Positions 24,621-38,795 of a stretch of 64,000 bases of DNA are shown piece by piece (the first letter of the stretch is position 1; every line of letters begins with the position of its first letter). Origin of the DNA: Octopus sinensis (taxonomy: Eukaryota); contig NC_043010.1 in the NCBI RefSeq assembly GCF_006345805.1, positions 3,472,001 to 3,536,000 on the forward strand, written 5' to 3'. A program made the translations under genes and the position numbers. The notes beneath the pieces were generated by a model that was not told the origin of the DNA, ran no database searches, and saw nothing but the letters and a program-made list of their open reading frames with translations.

Positions 24621-24889
24621 CTCTAAAGGCTCAACCAATTTGCAGAGCAACAGAATCCCAAACTATCAGAGAGTCAAGCAAAGCAATTTGCAGTAACAGC
24701 CCAAGTCAATGGTATGGAGAGGAGAGAGAGACTTGTACATGCATGCTTTGGCATCTGCCAGTCGTCCCAAAGCATTTTGCACAGACTTGCATATATATAT
24801 GTGCAACTATACAATCAATCTTCACTGACCCATCAGAAGCTCTATAAGTGTGTGTGTGTATATGTTTGCGTGCATACATGTGTACGAGC

Positions 24890-24978
24890 CTGGTGCAACC
24901 ATCTGGTTCTCCAGTCCTCAGTCAAATCATCCAACCCATGCTAGCATGGAAAGCGGACACTAAATGATGATGATGGTG
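24890..24978 (+). mobile_element. 3' fragment of family D
   Basis: tcaaatcatccaacccatgctagcatggaaagcggacactaaatgatgatgat. Confidence 0.75.
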
Positions 24979-25929
24979 ATATGTATATATATTTGCACTA
25001 AATTATATATATCCTTGAATAAAAAAGGTTTTATTTTTTAACATAGGGAGTAAGTATTCTATTATATATCTATGTATATAATAGAAATATTATATTATAC
25101 CTCCTGTGTTAGAAAATAAAATAAGAAATAGTTGATCGCTGGGGTCAATGTAAACAACTTACCCACTTCCCCGAAATTGCTGGCCTTGTGCCAAAATTTG
25201 AAATCAGTATAACTTTACTGTCTTTTTTTTCAAAACATTTCCTGAGGATAGGTTTTAATTTCGATAGAAACTGTTTTGTATCATAAAACCTGGAATGGTC
25301 CCCAGTGAGAATGCTACCAATATGATCAACACTCATCAAAAACATCAAGTTTAAAATATTAACAATTATCAAAAGCATTCTTCAAAATCCACAAGAAATT
25401 CTGTAAACTGAAGTTCTAATTCTCAAAGGCATAGAATCACGCTTATTCAGAAATACTGACATCTGTATATTTACATAGAAAAGATACATATATGATGAAC
25501 ACAAATATGAGAACCTAAAAATATACAGATATATGTATATATGTATGTATGTGTGTGTGTTTATGTATGTATGTTGTGTGTTGTGTGTTGTGTGTGTATT
25601 ACTTTGAGTTTTATTTAAATTCTCAGGAGAGTTCAAGTCAGTTGCTAACAAAGCGACAAGACATTTTGAGTTAAGCGAATTCTTGGATTTTGTAAACGTG
25701 TGGTTGAGTTGGGATGTTGGTTGAGTTATTGATGCCATACACCCATGTGTGTGCATCTATTCGCATAAGAATCTCAAATGGAGAATTTTTGGAATATCTT
25801 ACAACTCTCCACTGTGCCACTAATAGATTGAATTTAGAGAACCAGCATCAGAATTCTTTTGCTCTTTCATCATGAAACCAAGTATTTCTAGATTTTTAAG
25901 CAAATTTCTAGGTACATAACCTTATGCAC

Positions 25930-25986
<57 letters not shown>

Positions 25987-25989
25987 AAT

Positions 25990-26212
25990 CTTATTTCTTT
26001 ACTACTCACAAGGGGCTAAACACAGAGGAGACAAACAAGGACAGACCAACAGATTAAGTCAATTATATCAACCTCAGAGCGTAATTGGTACTTATTTAAT
26101 TGACCCCAAAAGGATGAAAGGCAAAGTCGACCTCAGCGGAATTTGAACTCAGAACATAGAGGCAGACGAAATACCACTAAGCATTTCGCCTGGCATGCTA
26201 ACGTTTCTGCCA
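25990..26212 (-). mobile_element. SINE, family C, within (TATC)n
   Basis: Match to family C; tatc repeats at 25930-25990 and 26212-26225. Confidence 0.85.
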
Positions 26213-26224
26213 TCTATCTATCTA

Positions 26225-26440
26225 TTTGTGTATGTATGTTGCATATTTAAGTATTTATGTATATGTATGTGTGTATGTATGTATGTATGTACGTATGTAT
26301 GTATGTATGTATGTATGTATGGTATGTATGTATGTATGTATGTATGTATGTATGTTTGTATGTGTGTATGTAGGTGTATGTGTGTGTGTGTGTATGTGTG
26401 TGTGTGTGTGTGTGTAAGTATGTACATATGTATGTATGTA
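26225..26440. repeat. (TATG)n/(TG)n microsatellite
   Basis: Visible directly. Confidence 0.95.
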
Positions 26441-26600
26441 CTGTGTTCATACATAAAACACAATAGTCCAAGCACAAAGTTGGTGCACATTAATGTTAAT
26501 ATGTACAAGATGAAAGTCTAATCAGAAGCAGCAAGAGTTCTGCATAGCACATTGCAGTTCAAATCCTTTTACGCTTCTGTTTCAACATCTTACTCTAGAT

Positions 26601-27329
26601 CAGGGGGTTCCCAACCATATTTGATCCATGGACCCTTTTGATTACTCTTCTTTTCTGGTGGACCCCAACAGTCATTCCATGTTTAAAAACTAGATTAATA
26701 GAAACTTCTTTCAAAATTCCTATTTTGTTTTGCACACATTAATTTGTGCAGGTTGAACTCTGCAAAATGCCAGGGAAAGAAACCTCACTGTTTCTTGCAA
26801 ATACAAACATCTAAAGTAAAACTTTTTCAGGGATCCATAGAATACTTTTGTGGATCCCCGATTTACTATTTTCTTGCATGGAACCCCAAATATCTTATTG
26901 TTTGTTGAGCGAAGTGGTCTTCGTCCTAGTGCTCGCAAGATGGGAGAAGTCTGAAACGTGATTGTTTGCTATTCGTTAGACCCGCAGAAGAGAAACCAGG
27001 TGAACCCCTGACACCAAGAGCATCGATGGATGGATGAATGCGCATCCAGGCTCAGTGGTTACGTAGGAAGTCGGGCACAAGAAACAGGAAGAAAGAGTGA
27101 GAGGAAGTTGGGGTGAAAGAGTACAACAGGGTTCACCACCACCCCCTGCTGGAGCTTTGTGAAGCTTTAGGTGTTTTCGCTCAATAAACACACACAACGC
27201 CTAGTCTGGGAATTGAAACCACGATCCTCTGACCACGAGTCCGCTGCCCTAACCATTGGGCCATTGCGCCTCCACAAATATCTTATTTGGACCCTCAAGG
27301 GCCATAAGGACCTTGGTTGAGAACCACCC
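26601..27329. mobile_element. hAT (Charlie-like) MITE interrupted by a SINE
   Basis: Termini cagggggttcccaacc / ggttgagaaccaccc; TSD ctctagat (26593-26600) / ctatagat (27330-27337), matching the NTCTAGAN preference. Confidence 0.8.
26900..27274 (-). mobile_element. SINE, family B head with tail type i
   Basis: Head ggaggcgcaatggcccaatggttagggcagcgg; flanked by caaatatcttatt at 26887-26899 and 27275-27287. Confidence 0.88.
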
Positions 27330-28977
27330 CTATAGATAATCTGTAAGAGCAGGTGGTGGTGGTGGTGGTGGTGGTGGCGATGGCGGCGGTCTTGTCGGTG
27401 GCAGTGAGTAGTTTTTGAGAGGGGAGGGTATCTTCTTGCTAAGTGTTGAAAGGATAGGGTATGAGAGAGGGAAAAAGCACAAGTGTCTTGCTAAAGAGTG
27501 GGTGGACAGTTGGAGAAACTGAGAAGGAGATAAAAGAAGGTAGTGAAAGCATGCCAGAGCAAACTCCCAAGGTACAAGAAGATGAACATAAGAGAGGATA
27601 TGATCTGTGGGTTGTGGTAGGGGAGGAGAGAGTGGACATTTAGAATGGTTTTTCGTTTTCAAAGTATAATTGGTACTTATTGAAATTTCTGTTTTTATAA
27701 ATTCTTATTTTAATAAATATCTATTTTCTGTACGATGCACTTTAAAAAATAAAAAAAAACATTGCCAAAGGTCATTAGTTTGTTTGATATGCATGTCTGA
27801 ATCAAGGTCCCTTAGTGGCTGAAACTGAAAAACCCACAACTTATGGACCCAATGTGCCAAGAGCATAATTTCTGTTACTAAATCATATTCAATAAAGTAG
27901 AATTTATATTTAATATCTTTGTTAAATCTGGAATATATATTTGTATTTTATGGCAAAAGAGACACTGTTTGATCCATGACAGTATGGAAGACAGAAATTA
28001 AATGATGATGATGACGATGATAACGAAGAAGAATTATTGAGTTTTAGTATCAGGTAAAATTTTTAAAAACCAGCATAAAACGAACTGTGCTCAGTTTATA
28101 TAAGGGAAGTAACTCTAAAAAATGCATATATAGTTATTTCCCTTAGACAGTCTAAATTACGATATTTTATTTCTTTTAGTTCAGCGAGATTTATTTTCTC
28201 TATTTGTAGCGACTGCTATGTCCATATCAGCAAGCGATTGTGTTACTACACTTATGAGAGAACGTTTTCCTCTGCCTTAGTCCGCAACTGGACATGTAAA
28301 TACGATTTGATTACTGAGATCTCACAAAAAATACTTAATTCATAATTACGGATAATTTTGGGAATAATAACGACATGCCACGGAAATTTTGAATAATTAT
28401 TTGAATTTCAAATTATTTAGTCGGCAAAACAATTATGAGACTGCATATTTTTACCTATCAAATAAAAGACCATTCAACTAAGTGATTACTGCTACAAAGG
28501 CATTTGAGAATTGGTGTTTATGCAACAAGGTGAAGAAATACCTTGCTGAAATTGTATTCAGAAAAATCCCATCTCATAAATATTTAAAGCACCTTCACCA
28601 CTAACAATGTGCTGGTTTAATCAACGTAAATTAATCAACAAAAATAGCTCTTTTCTCAGAAATTAGAGTTGAGGAAATGTTTATTGATTTGAAGTGTTCA
28701 GCTTAGTACCAGTGCAAGATATGAATTCACAAATCCCCACTTATTTTTTTTTTCAGATTTCTCAAAGAATAATCCAGTATCGAATAAAATAAAAATAAAA
28801 ACATTGAATAAAATATGCAAATTAAGAGATGCTGTAGTAAAGTTATGGACCAATATTGTGGATATGTCAAAGCAAGTCAGGTATTAAGGTGATGAGTTAA
28901 TATGGTGGAGAGAGGTGAGAAGCTGGGAAGTAATGAAAGAAAGGGAACAGCAAGTAGACATATCACGAAGCTATACC

Positions 28978-29208
28978 TATTTCTTTACTACCCACAAGGG
29001 GCTAAACACAAAGGAGACAAACAAGGACAGACAAACGGATTAAGTCGAATATATCGACTCCAGTGCGTAACTGGTACTTGTTTAATCGACCCCGAAAGGA
29101 TGAAAGGCAAAGTCGACCTCGGTGGAATTTGAACTCAGAACGTAACGGCAGACGAAATACGGCTACGCATTTCGCCCAGCGTGCTAACGTTTCTGCCAGC
29201 TCACCGCC
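28978..29208 (-). mobile_element. SINE, family C, with an 18-bp TSD
   Basis: atatcacgaagctatacc at 28960-28977 and 29209-29226. Confidence 0.92.
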
Positions 29209-30314
29209 ATATCACGAAGCTATACCAGAAGCAAGATGCAGTCCCACCGGGTCCTTGGGTACTTTTAGATGTATGCATACTGTTGTAAGTATCTGAGCCA
29301 GATCTAAATTTTAAGGAAATGTTCCTATCCTCCTTTCCAAACACGATGCTCAGACTACTGTAAATAGTAATAAATATTGGTCTTCCACATCTGGTTAACT
29401 CATTCATTCTTTTTTAATATATCAGATGTATCTAACCAGAAAGGAAAGTTGAAACTAAGAAGTTTCGTAATTTTCTGTGCTGTGGGGATGAAAAGTGGGG
29501 AATATTCCTAATTGCCAGGCAATGTGTTTGTATGAACCATGATATCAATAGAGAAATAAAAGTGTCTGAAACAATACTGGTGCACTTTCCTTTAGTGTTA
29601 ATGAAAACGACAAAAAAAGAACTTATGGATTACTTTACAGAACTGTAGAATAAGGAGTGTGAGAAATGTGGGGAAGGAGTTCTCTAAGTGAAACCAATGG
29701 GAAACCTTCAATTACTTTGATAATGACAAAGCAGACATAGTAAAATGTCTATTTACACTAACATGAAAACTAACAAGAAACATCAACTTGACACCTCGAT
29801 TAGATTATATTTTCAACATCTAGCATGAGCAAACTTGTTTATGATACTGGACCTGATTAGTTTCTATTTCCATTTCCCACAGAAATTAGTGTTCAATGGT
29901 TCGTTATAGTAAGTCTTCTCAATCTACTTTTATCTTCTACAACTCTGAAAATGATTATTCATTACTAAAATATGCAGCTATAATAGTGGTGTAAAATCGT
30001 GAATATTTTTGCATTCTGAATACGAAATTATAAGTGCTTATTTGTTATCAGGCAGCGAAATAGAAGCACTACAGAATCTTCTTTAACATAACTAGCTGCA
30101 AAGTTATATTTACAAAAGTGCCTTTTCTTTAAATTCTTTATTCCTGATCTTCAGGATATGCCACAACAAGATCAGTAAATTGCTTTATATCGTCTTTGGA
30201 TGTAAATGATTAAATCTATGAAGGAATCAATTGTAAGCTGTCGAGTTGATACTGGAGTTGTTTAACCCAAGATTAACCCTGAGACTGAGCAGAAAACCTA
30301 GGATCAAAGGTATT

Positions 30315-30726
30315 CTTTACTCTTTTACTCTTTTACATGTTTCAGTCATTTGACTGCGGCCATGCTGGAGCACCGCCTTTAGTCGAGCAACTCGACCCCG
30401 GGACTTATTCTTTGTAAGCCCAGTACTTATTTTATCGGTCTCTTTTGCCGAACCGCTAAGTGACAGGGACTTAAACACACCAGCATCGGTTGTCAAGCAA
30501 TGCTAGGGGTACAAACACAGACACACAAACATATACACATACATACATATACATATATATATACATATATACGACAGGCTTTTTTCAGTTTCCGTCTACC
30601 AAATCCACTCACAAGGCATTGGTCGGCCTGGGTCTATAGCAGAAGACACTTGCCGAAGATGCCACGCAGTGGGACTGAACCCGGAACCATGTGGTTGGTT
30701 AGCAAGCTACTTACCACACAGCCACT
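30315..30726 (-). mobile_element. SINE, family A
   Basis: Near-complete reverse-complement match. Confidence 0.92.
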
Positions 30727-31447
30727 AGTTACAACAATGCCTTCTTTTATTTAGACGTAACTAGGACAGTATTGATTAATTTTTAAAGATGGTAGGGTGC
30801 AATATGAAAGAGATTTGGCTGCTATAACTAGCAGGTTGAATAACGCATAGAGACCCAGACTATCTGACAATCTCAAACAAGTCAGAAATCAAATTGTACG
30901 TAATGATCAGAGACATGTCAGTTTTAAAATTGCTTGTGTTGCCTTGGGTTTCTCGCCAGTGGCAGTCTCGGTGAAAAGATAATTGGTTTTCTGCAATAAA
31001 TCTAAGAAAGTATATTGCATTATTTGAATATACTGAAATATACAGACACATAAAATGCACTGAGTATATTTACATCCTGGCTTGCACATTGCTAAATAAC
31101 ACTGATAATTTCTTTGCTGATTAGTAAGTCTGAGAGAGAGAGACACACAGTTCCAATACATCTTGAAGGTGAGCTTAATGCAGTTCAAAGTTTGACTTGT
31201 ACTTTTTTCTGTAGGAAGATGTTTGGGAACAAGAAGTGTAGCAGGAGAAATGCTGGGAGAGAAGTTATGTAAGGAATTCCATTTTGGAGAAAATGGACTG
31301 AGTAAAATGTTTATATTGAGATGGAATCCAAGTAGAAAAATAAGTGCATTCAACAGGTTTTATGTAAGGGTGAGACATCACAACTTCAGATGACCAGTGA
31401 GGGAGGGAGAACAGCAAGTTAGGGAGTTGGTTAACAGTTGTCACCTA

Positions 31448-31843
31448 GGCGCAGGTGTGGCTGTGTGGTAAGTAGCTTGTTTACCAGCCACATGGTTCCG
31501 GGTTCAGTCCCACTGTGTGGCACCTTGGGCAAGTGTCTTTTACTATAGCCTCGGGCCGACCAAAGCCATGTGAGTGGATTTGGTAGTCGGAAACTGAAAG
31601 AAGCCCGTCGTATATATGTATATATATATATATGCGCGTGTGTGTTTGTCCTCCTAGCATTGCTTGACAACCGATACTGATGTATTTATGTCCCCGTTAC
31701 TTAGCGGTTCGGCAAAAGAGGCCGATAGAATAAGTACTGGGCTTACAAAAGAATAAGTCCCAGGGTCGAGTTGCTCGATTAAAGGCGGTGCTCCAGCATG
31801 GCCGCAGTCAAATGACTGAAACAAGTATAAGAGTAAAAGAGTA
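31448..31843 (+). mobile_element. Full-length SINE, family A
   Basis: Complete match. Confidence 0.92.
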
Positions 31844-32424
31844 TTCATTCAGGTGACCTTTTTTTGGTGCGTTTCAGAAAGGATAGGACTGCAGCAGATC
31901 TACTAACTTAAATATATGAGAAATATACTATTGTGAGGTTCCCTTGTATCTCAGGAAATATACTAACAGTTCAGAGATAGTATAATTGTTGCTTCTGTCA
32001 ATTTGTTATATAATTGATATGTATCAGTCTCAGTCGCTCTTGTACTTTCGAGTACATTAGGTTGACAGCACTAGTTTCTGTTGGCCATGGTTTTCTCTGC
32101 ATGAGGCCATGTGATATTGGCCTCTCCTTTCAGTTATGAACATTCTGCACCAACACAAGACCACTTATAATTTCATCACAGAGGGAAGATTAAATCTAGC
32201 AAATTACATATTCTGGCTACCAGAACAATGCCATTCTAAAACAGCCTTCTGGCTCATATGTGACCCTATGAAAAGTCAAATGTCAGCAGAAATGATTGAG
32301 TCTTAACAGTTGTTGTAAGTTTGATGATTATCTGTGGGTTGGTCATGAGCAGGAAGGACGTAGAATTGGAGGTGAGTGGTTTTTTTATTTATTTATTGAT
32401 TTTAGTATATGCAATGATTGTAAA

Positions 32425-32615
32425 GTGGCAAACTGGCAGAATTGTTAGCATGCCCAGGCAAAATGCTGAATGGCATTTCATCTATCTTTACATTCTGAGT
32501 TCAAATCCTACTGATGTAGACTTTGCCTTTCATCCTTTTGGGGTCAATAAAATAAGTACCAGCAGACTTATTTTCTCCCCCAAAATTGCTGGCCTTGTGC
32601 CAAAATTTGAAATCA
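32425..32615 (+). mobile_element. Degenerate SINE, family C variant
   Basis: actggcagaattgttagcatgcc..ttctgagttcaaatcc..ttgtgccaaaatttgaa. Confidence 0.75.
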
Positions 32616-32646
32616 ATATGTGTTATGACTGTAACTTACTATATGT

Positions 32647-33030
32647 GTGGAGGTGCAATGGTCCAGTGGTTAGGGCAGCGGACTCGCGGTCGTAGGATCG
32701 CGGTTTCGATTCCCAGACCGGGCGTTGTGAGTGTTTATTGAGCGAAAACACCTAAAGCTCCACGAGGCTCCAGCAGGGATGGTGGTGATCCCTGCTGTAC
32801 TCTTTCACCACAACTTTCTCTCACTCTTACTTCCTGTTTCTGTTGTACCTGTATTTCAAAGGGCCAGCCTTGTCACTCTCTGTGTCACGCTGAATATCCC
32901 CGAGAACTACGTTAAGGGTACACGTGTCTGAGGAGTGCTTAGCCACTTACACGTTAATTTTACGAGCAGGCTGTCCCGTTGATTCGGATCAACCGGAACC
33001 CTCGTCGTCGTAACCGACGGAGTGCTTCCA
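32647..33030 (+). mobile_element. SINE, family B head with tail type ii
   Basis: Head gtggaggtgcaatggtccagtggttagggcagcgg..gtttcgattccc; tail as in 6681-7003. Confidence 0.88.
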
Positions 33031-33654
33031 TTACAATATGTATGATGAGTGTATATTGGTGGAGTTGAATCGGTCTAGGTCACCAAGTTCAGCGTGACAG
33101 GATACTTCTGAGACCTTTATTCATAGAGTTATTTATGCTTGGGAAAAAGTATGTAGGAGGTGGGTTGTGGATAATGCTTGCATTCAGAAATTCAATTTGG
33201 TATCATCTTAATTGAAGTGCATAAGATTAGAGATATATGTGCAGGTCAGTGAAAGACAGTATGGAAGATATAATTGTACCTTTGGGAAATCAGATTCTGA
33301 TCAAATCAAGAGAGCTTTGCAGATGTCAAGCATGCTCCATGAGAAAACAGAATAGTTAGTAGACATTAAAAGGATTTAGATAATTTTCTGTAAAAGATAT
33401 TAGCACTATGAGACAATTTTAAATATATATTGATGTCGAATTTTGGCAGAAGAACAGCAGTTTCATGGGGGGGGGGTACATTGACCTCAGTGTTTAACTG
33501 GTACGTAATTTATCAAATCCAAAAGGATGAAAAGTAAAGTCAGCTCTGGCAGAATTTGAACACAGAACATAAAGGAAGCTGAAATGTTACTAAGCATTTT
33601 ATTTGGCCTGCAGACAATTCTCCAGGTTTACCTCCTACAATATTGTAAACATAT

Positions 33655-33886
33655 ACTCTTACTCTTTACTCTTTTACTTGTTTCAGTCATTTGACTGCGG
33701 CCATGCTGGAGCACTGCCTTTTTTTTAGTCGAGCAAATTGACCCCAGGACTTATTCTTTGCAAGCCTAGTACTTATTCTATCGATCTCTTTTGCCGAACC
33801 GCTAAGTTATGGGGACATAAACACACCACCATCGGTTGTCAAGCGATGTTCGGGGGACAAACACAGACACACAAACATATACATAC

Positions 33887-33935
<49 letters not shown>

Positions 33936-34102
33936 ACGTTGTAAGAAATTTGAAAAACTAAACGCGAAACTGATCATTTCTTCTAAACTATGTCATTGTA
34001 AGAAAAAAATTTATAATATTCTTCAGACATATTGACTCAAATATATATTTTTTAACCTTTTAAAACAAGCCTTCTGTAGTTTTTTCACTTCTTACTATTT
34101 TC

Positions 34103-34134
<32 letters not shown>

Positions 34135-34298
34135 TACGACGAGTTTCTTTCAGTTTCCGTCTACCAACTCCACTCACAAGGCTTTGGTCAGCCCGAGGCT
34201 ATAGTAGAAGACACTTGCCCAAGGTGCCATGCAGTGGGAATGAACCCAGAACCTTGGGGTTGGTCAGCAAGCTACTTACCACACAGCCACTCCTGTGC
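33655..34298 (-). mobile_element. SINE, family A, split by a ~167-bp insert in its internal microsatellite
   Basis: Tail half 33655-33935, head half 34103-34298, unrelated AT-rich sequence between. Confidence 0.85.
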
Positions 34299-34776
34299 CT
34301 ATCGACAACAAAAATATATCTCATCTTAAGCATGCGTGTTCTGTGTGTGTGTGTTTGTGTGTTTGTGTGATTGCATGTGTGCATGTGTGCATGTATGTGT
34401 TTGTGTAAGGAAAGAAAAATGACTTGCAACTATGTATGCATGTAAACAAACTCTCTCATACACAACGTGGTGGATACACACCACTTGTATTTGCACGCAT
34501 AAATGGTTACTATTTTAAGCATTCAATGAAATGTCTCTCACAATTAACTCAGTCACCAGCAGTAAATAATTTAATACGTGTGTATGCAAACACTCACACA
34601 TATACACATACACACACGCAGTCACACACATTCATTTTAGAGCTGATTCCATGGTATGTGGTGTAAACATCAGTACACATTTATATATGCATATATATGT
34701 ATGTGTATATATATATATATTATATTATATATACACACACACATATATATATGTACATATTAACACATATATATAT

Positions 34777-34998
34777 ATTTCTTTACTACCCACAAGGGGC
34801 TAAACACAGAGGGGACAAACAAGGACAGACAAAGAGATTAAGTCAATTACATTGATCCCAGTGCGTAACTGGTACTTAATTTATCGACCCCGAAAGGATG
34901 AAAGGCAAAGTCGACCTCGGCGGAATTTGAACTCGGAACGTAACGACAGACAAAATACGGCTACGCATTTCGCCCAGCATGCTAACGTTTCTGCCAGT
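34777..34998 (-). mobile_element. SINE, family C
   Basis: Near-identical to the reverse complement of 14075-14304. Confidence 0.9.
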
Positions 34999-35333
34999 TA
35001 ATATATATATATTAACACATATATATAATTACATATATACACACACACACACATATATACATGTACATATATATATATGTATGTGTTTATATGTATGTAT
35101 ATACCTTTACCTATTACTTGTTTCAGTTGTTAGAGTATAGCCATGCTGAAACACCACCTCAAGGAATTTTAGTCTACCAAAACAACCCTGGTGCTTATTT
35201 TTCTTTAAGCTTAGTCTCGTAGCCACTTTTGCCGAACTGGTTAGTAATGGTGACTTAAACATACCAACACACTTGTTGCCAAGCAAACACAAAGACACAC
35301 ATACATAAATATATATATATATCTATGTATGTT

Positions 35334-35386
<53 letters not shown>

Positions 35387-35399
35387 AATATATATATAT

Positions 35400-35693
35400 A
35401 TCACCATGATCACCGTGACCAACCAGGCTATCAGATGTTGCTACACATCGCTGGTCACAATGCGCTTCACATTGTTTTAGCCTTCAAATGATGCCACCCC
35501 GCTGGCTAAGCGAGCAGGCCTACAGGAGAAAGAGTGAGAGAAAGTTGTGGTGAAAGAGTACAGCAGAGATCGCCGCCACCCTCTGCTGGAGCCCCGTGGA
35601 GCTTTTAGGTGTTTTCGCTCAATAAACACTCACAACATCCAGTCTGGGAATCAAAACCGCGATCCTACGACCACGAGTCTGCTGCCCTAACCA
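35400..35693 (-). mobile_element. SINE, family B head with tail type iii
   Basis: Matches 45698-46000 and 54245-54542. Confidence 0.88.
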
Positions 35694-38574
35694 CACACAC
35701 ACACACAGACACATATATATATTACAAATGAGAGAAAAAGAAAATGGATTTCACGAGATTCTCCTTTATTAATCACAATTATTTTGACCCATCTTGCATT
35801 GGTCTCTCACAGGTGAGTTACTGTATATCCTTCGGTGCAAATGTGTCTTGTTAGGTGACTTTTCAAAAGGTACCTTGCTTAATAAACTCATTTTCACTTG
35901 CTTCAATTATAATGCTTGTCATTATTTGCCAGTAGCTGGTTGCATTATAATTGATATCTTTTGTTTTTAGTCTAGCTACAGTCTGCCTACTTTTCCTGTC
36001 TTCAGGCCACATCACTTGTTAGCATGTTCTGTGATGTAGTGAACTGCCATGTAATTTCTGATGGAGGGATGGGAGAAGGATGAACTCCATAAGTGCATTA
36101 CTAGAAATTTCTCATATCAGACATATTTAAAGGTTTTGCTGATATCCAAAGCAACAGATTTGATATCAATTAAATTTTCAATAGGAAGTGATTATTAATG
36201 CACAATGTAAGAAAAGCTAAGCGAATTTCCATTGTGTCTGACTCTATGGAAAGAGAATTATGAATTTATATTTAATCTTTTTGCATTCAGATTTCTCTGT
36301 CAAATGTAATACATATTCTTTCAGATTGCTTTGAATTAATTATTCATTATCTTGTAGCTCTGAGATCTTAATGATGTGACTGTATATTCTTACAATGACA
36401 TGTGGGAGGGGGTAGATCCGGTCAGTTTGAACATAAAACATGTAGAAAATTTGGGGCCGGATATGGTCGATTTAAATGCTAAAGGGTTAAAAATTGTAAA
36501 CAGGAAATGAGAGAAAAGGTACACTCGCAAGGCTTTGATCAGCCTGAGGCTATAGTAGAAGACACTTGCTCAAGGTGTCATGCACTGGAACTGAACCCAA
36601 AATTATGTGGTTGGGAAGCAAGCTTTGTTTCTACACAGCCACACCTGTGCCTCAATGAAAACTAAAAATGACAATTTCTTTAACACTCATACAATGTGTT
36701 GGACATTGTGACATTACAGGAATAGATTACAAAAGGTGTGGTTGTTTAAATGAAGCCTTCTTACTGCATGGGCACACTACTAGTCAGCTGACTGGAGTCC
36801 CCATAAATCTATGTATGCTGTTGGGTTACTGGTAAAACAAATATTATGGGCCTCACTGCATTAATTAGCTCAGAGGCTTATAGTGATGTTAAGACACCCT
36901 TGGGTTTATACTAAAATGAAAATGCAGAATGAGTATATAGTGTGTAAATAAGTAACAGAATTTCCAGAGAAGAAGGTCCATTACCAAGGTCCAGAGTAGA
37001 AGATCATCACCTCGGTCCAGTCAAAGAAGAACTTCACAGATCCAGAATTACTCTGACACACAATGGCAACTGCTTTCTCCTAAATATCATTTTCTGAGTA
37101 TCTATCACAGAAAACTCTTTTTCCAGACACAGCTACAGTCCACATGGTAATCAATTACAAAGAAGCATAATGTAGAGTGTCCATGTAACAGAAAATTGTG
37201 ATGTTCTGGTGATCTGTTGAACTATCTTTCTTTATTTGCGTTAATTTGTGAATATATAAATGTATTGTATAATGCTGAGTATACATGTTAATGCAAACAT
37301 GTATGCATAATTTCTTCCATACCACATGAAGAAGATTGTGAAACAGCTGTAATCTTATGGAACTCATGTGCTTAAATAGATATATATATTCATCTGACAT
37401 ACTTTGTGACTTTATGGTTTTACACACACATCAGCTTTAGTGTCTCTTGGAATTAAATTCAAATCGTGACTTTGTGTTTTTATCCCATTCCTGAGAGCAG
37501 ACCCATTCACTCCCTCCAACCATTCCATAAATTGACTGGAAGGCACCAATTCCTTCCCTATCCTCAGCATCCCTTTGGATGTGAGGCTACATTATTGGAC
37601 TTGAACAAACACTTTACTAGACTTATAATAATAGCAATGAAGATGAGATCTCACATCCCATTACAACTTTGTCTGAAACCTGAAAAGGTTGTGGAGGGCA
37701 AAAGAGGAACATGTCTATTTTCAGTCATACACTCTATGTCTTTTGCCTATGTCTTTGCTATATGGTCCAATTTATCGGTTGTTGTTTAACTCTAGATTAA
37801 CCATGCTTGGGCAACCCACAGAAAATCACGTCTATGAACAAACTACATATAGTAAAACAAACCTAAATGATTGCTTGACTACTGAAAACAGCAGCCAATT
37901 CATTTTATTGTTTTAAATAAAGGACACATAAATGGACCTGGGTGAAAACAACCTGAAGTCACTTGTTTATTTGCAAAAGCAAACTGTTAAAAAAAACAAA
38001 ACAGATTTATAAAGTAATGTCAAGGTAAACAACCGTCCACAATTGTTATCGAACTACCAAAGATCAGATTCACCCACTGCATTATATTTTTAATTCATTT
38101 ATTTTCTAAAGATTGTTTCCCCTACATTTCCTGACAAGAGTTAGTTGTTAAGATGATTGTCAGTTTTACGATGCAGAAATGTATAGTGATCCCTCATTTT
38201 TGTTAATGTTGGGTTACCATAGTTCTTAGAAATCTGATTCAACAATCCTTGTAAAAGGATATCAAGTGTCTCTAAGTCATGTTTCATAGGTAAACAACAC
38301 CTGGATTTTTCTACTGACATTTCACTGTTCTTCAATCACTTAAGGTGTTGATCATTCCTATTAATGTTTTAACAAATAAGAAAAGGTTATGGCATTAGGA
38401 ATTTCATTTGCAATAAACAGACTGACACACTTCTCAATAAACAACTCATCAACATACCCCGTTCTTGCTATAGTTGACAGTTCATCTGCTTGGTTACACT
38501 GAAGTCTTTTATAAACTGTAATTAGTACTCAAAGAAGTATTCTTGGTGAAAGTTTTCTCTCTTCACTAAATTTT

Positions 38575-38795
38575 ATAAATATTGGTTTCATATTTTGACA
38601 CAAAGTCAGCAGTTTGTGGGGAGGGGTAAGTCGATTACATTGACTCTAGTGCTTAACTAGTACTTTTTTTATCGACTCTGAAAAGATGAAAGGCAAAGGT
38701 GGCCATGGTGGAATCTGAACTCAGAACATAAAGATGGATGAAATGCTGCCAAGCATTTTGCTGGGCATGCTAACGATTCTGCCACCTCATTGCCT
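38575..38795 (-). mobile_element. Degenerate SINE, family C variant
   Basis: gatgaaaggcaaaggt..ggaatctgaactcagaac..gctaacgattctgcca. Confidence 0.75.
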
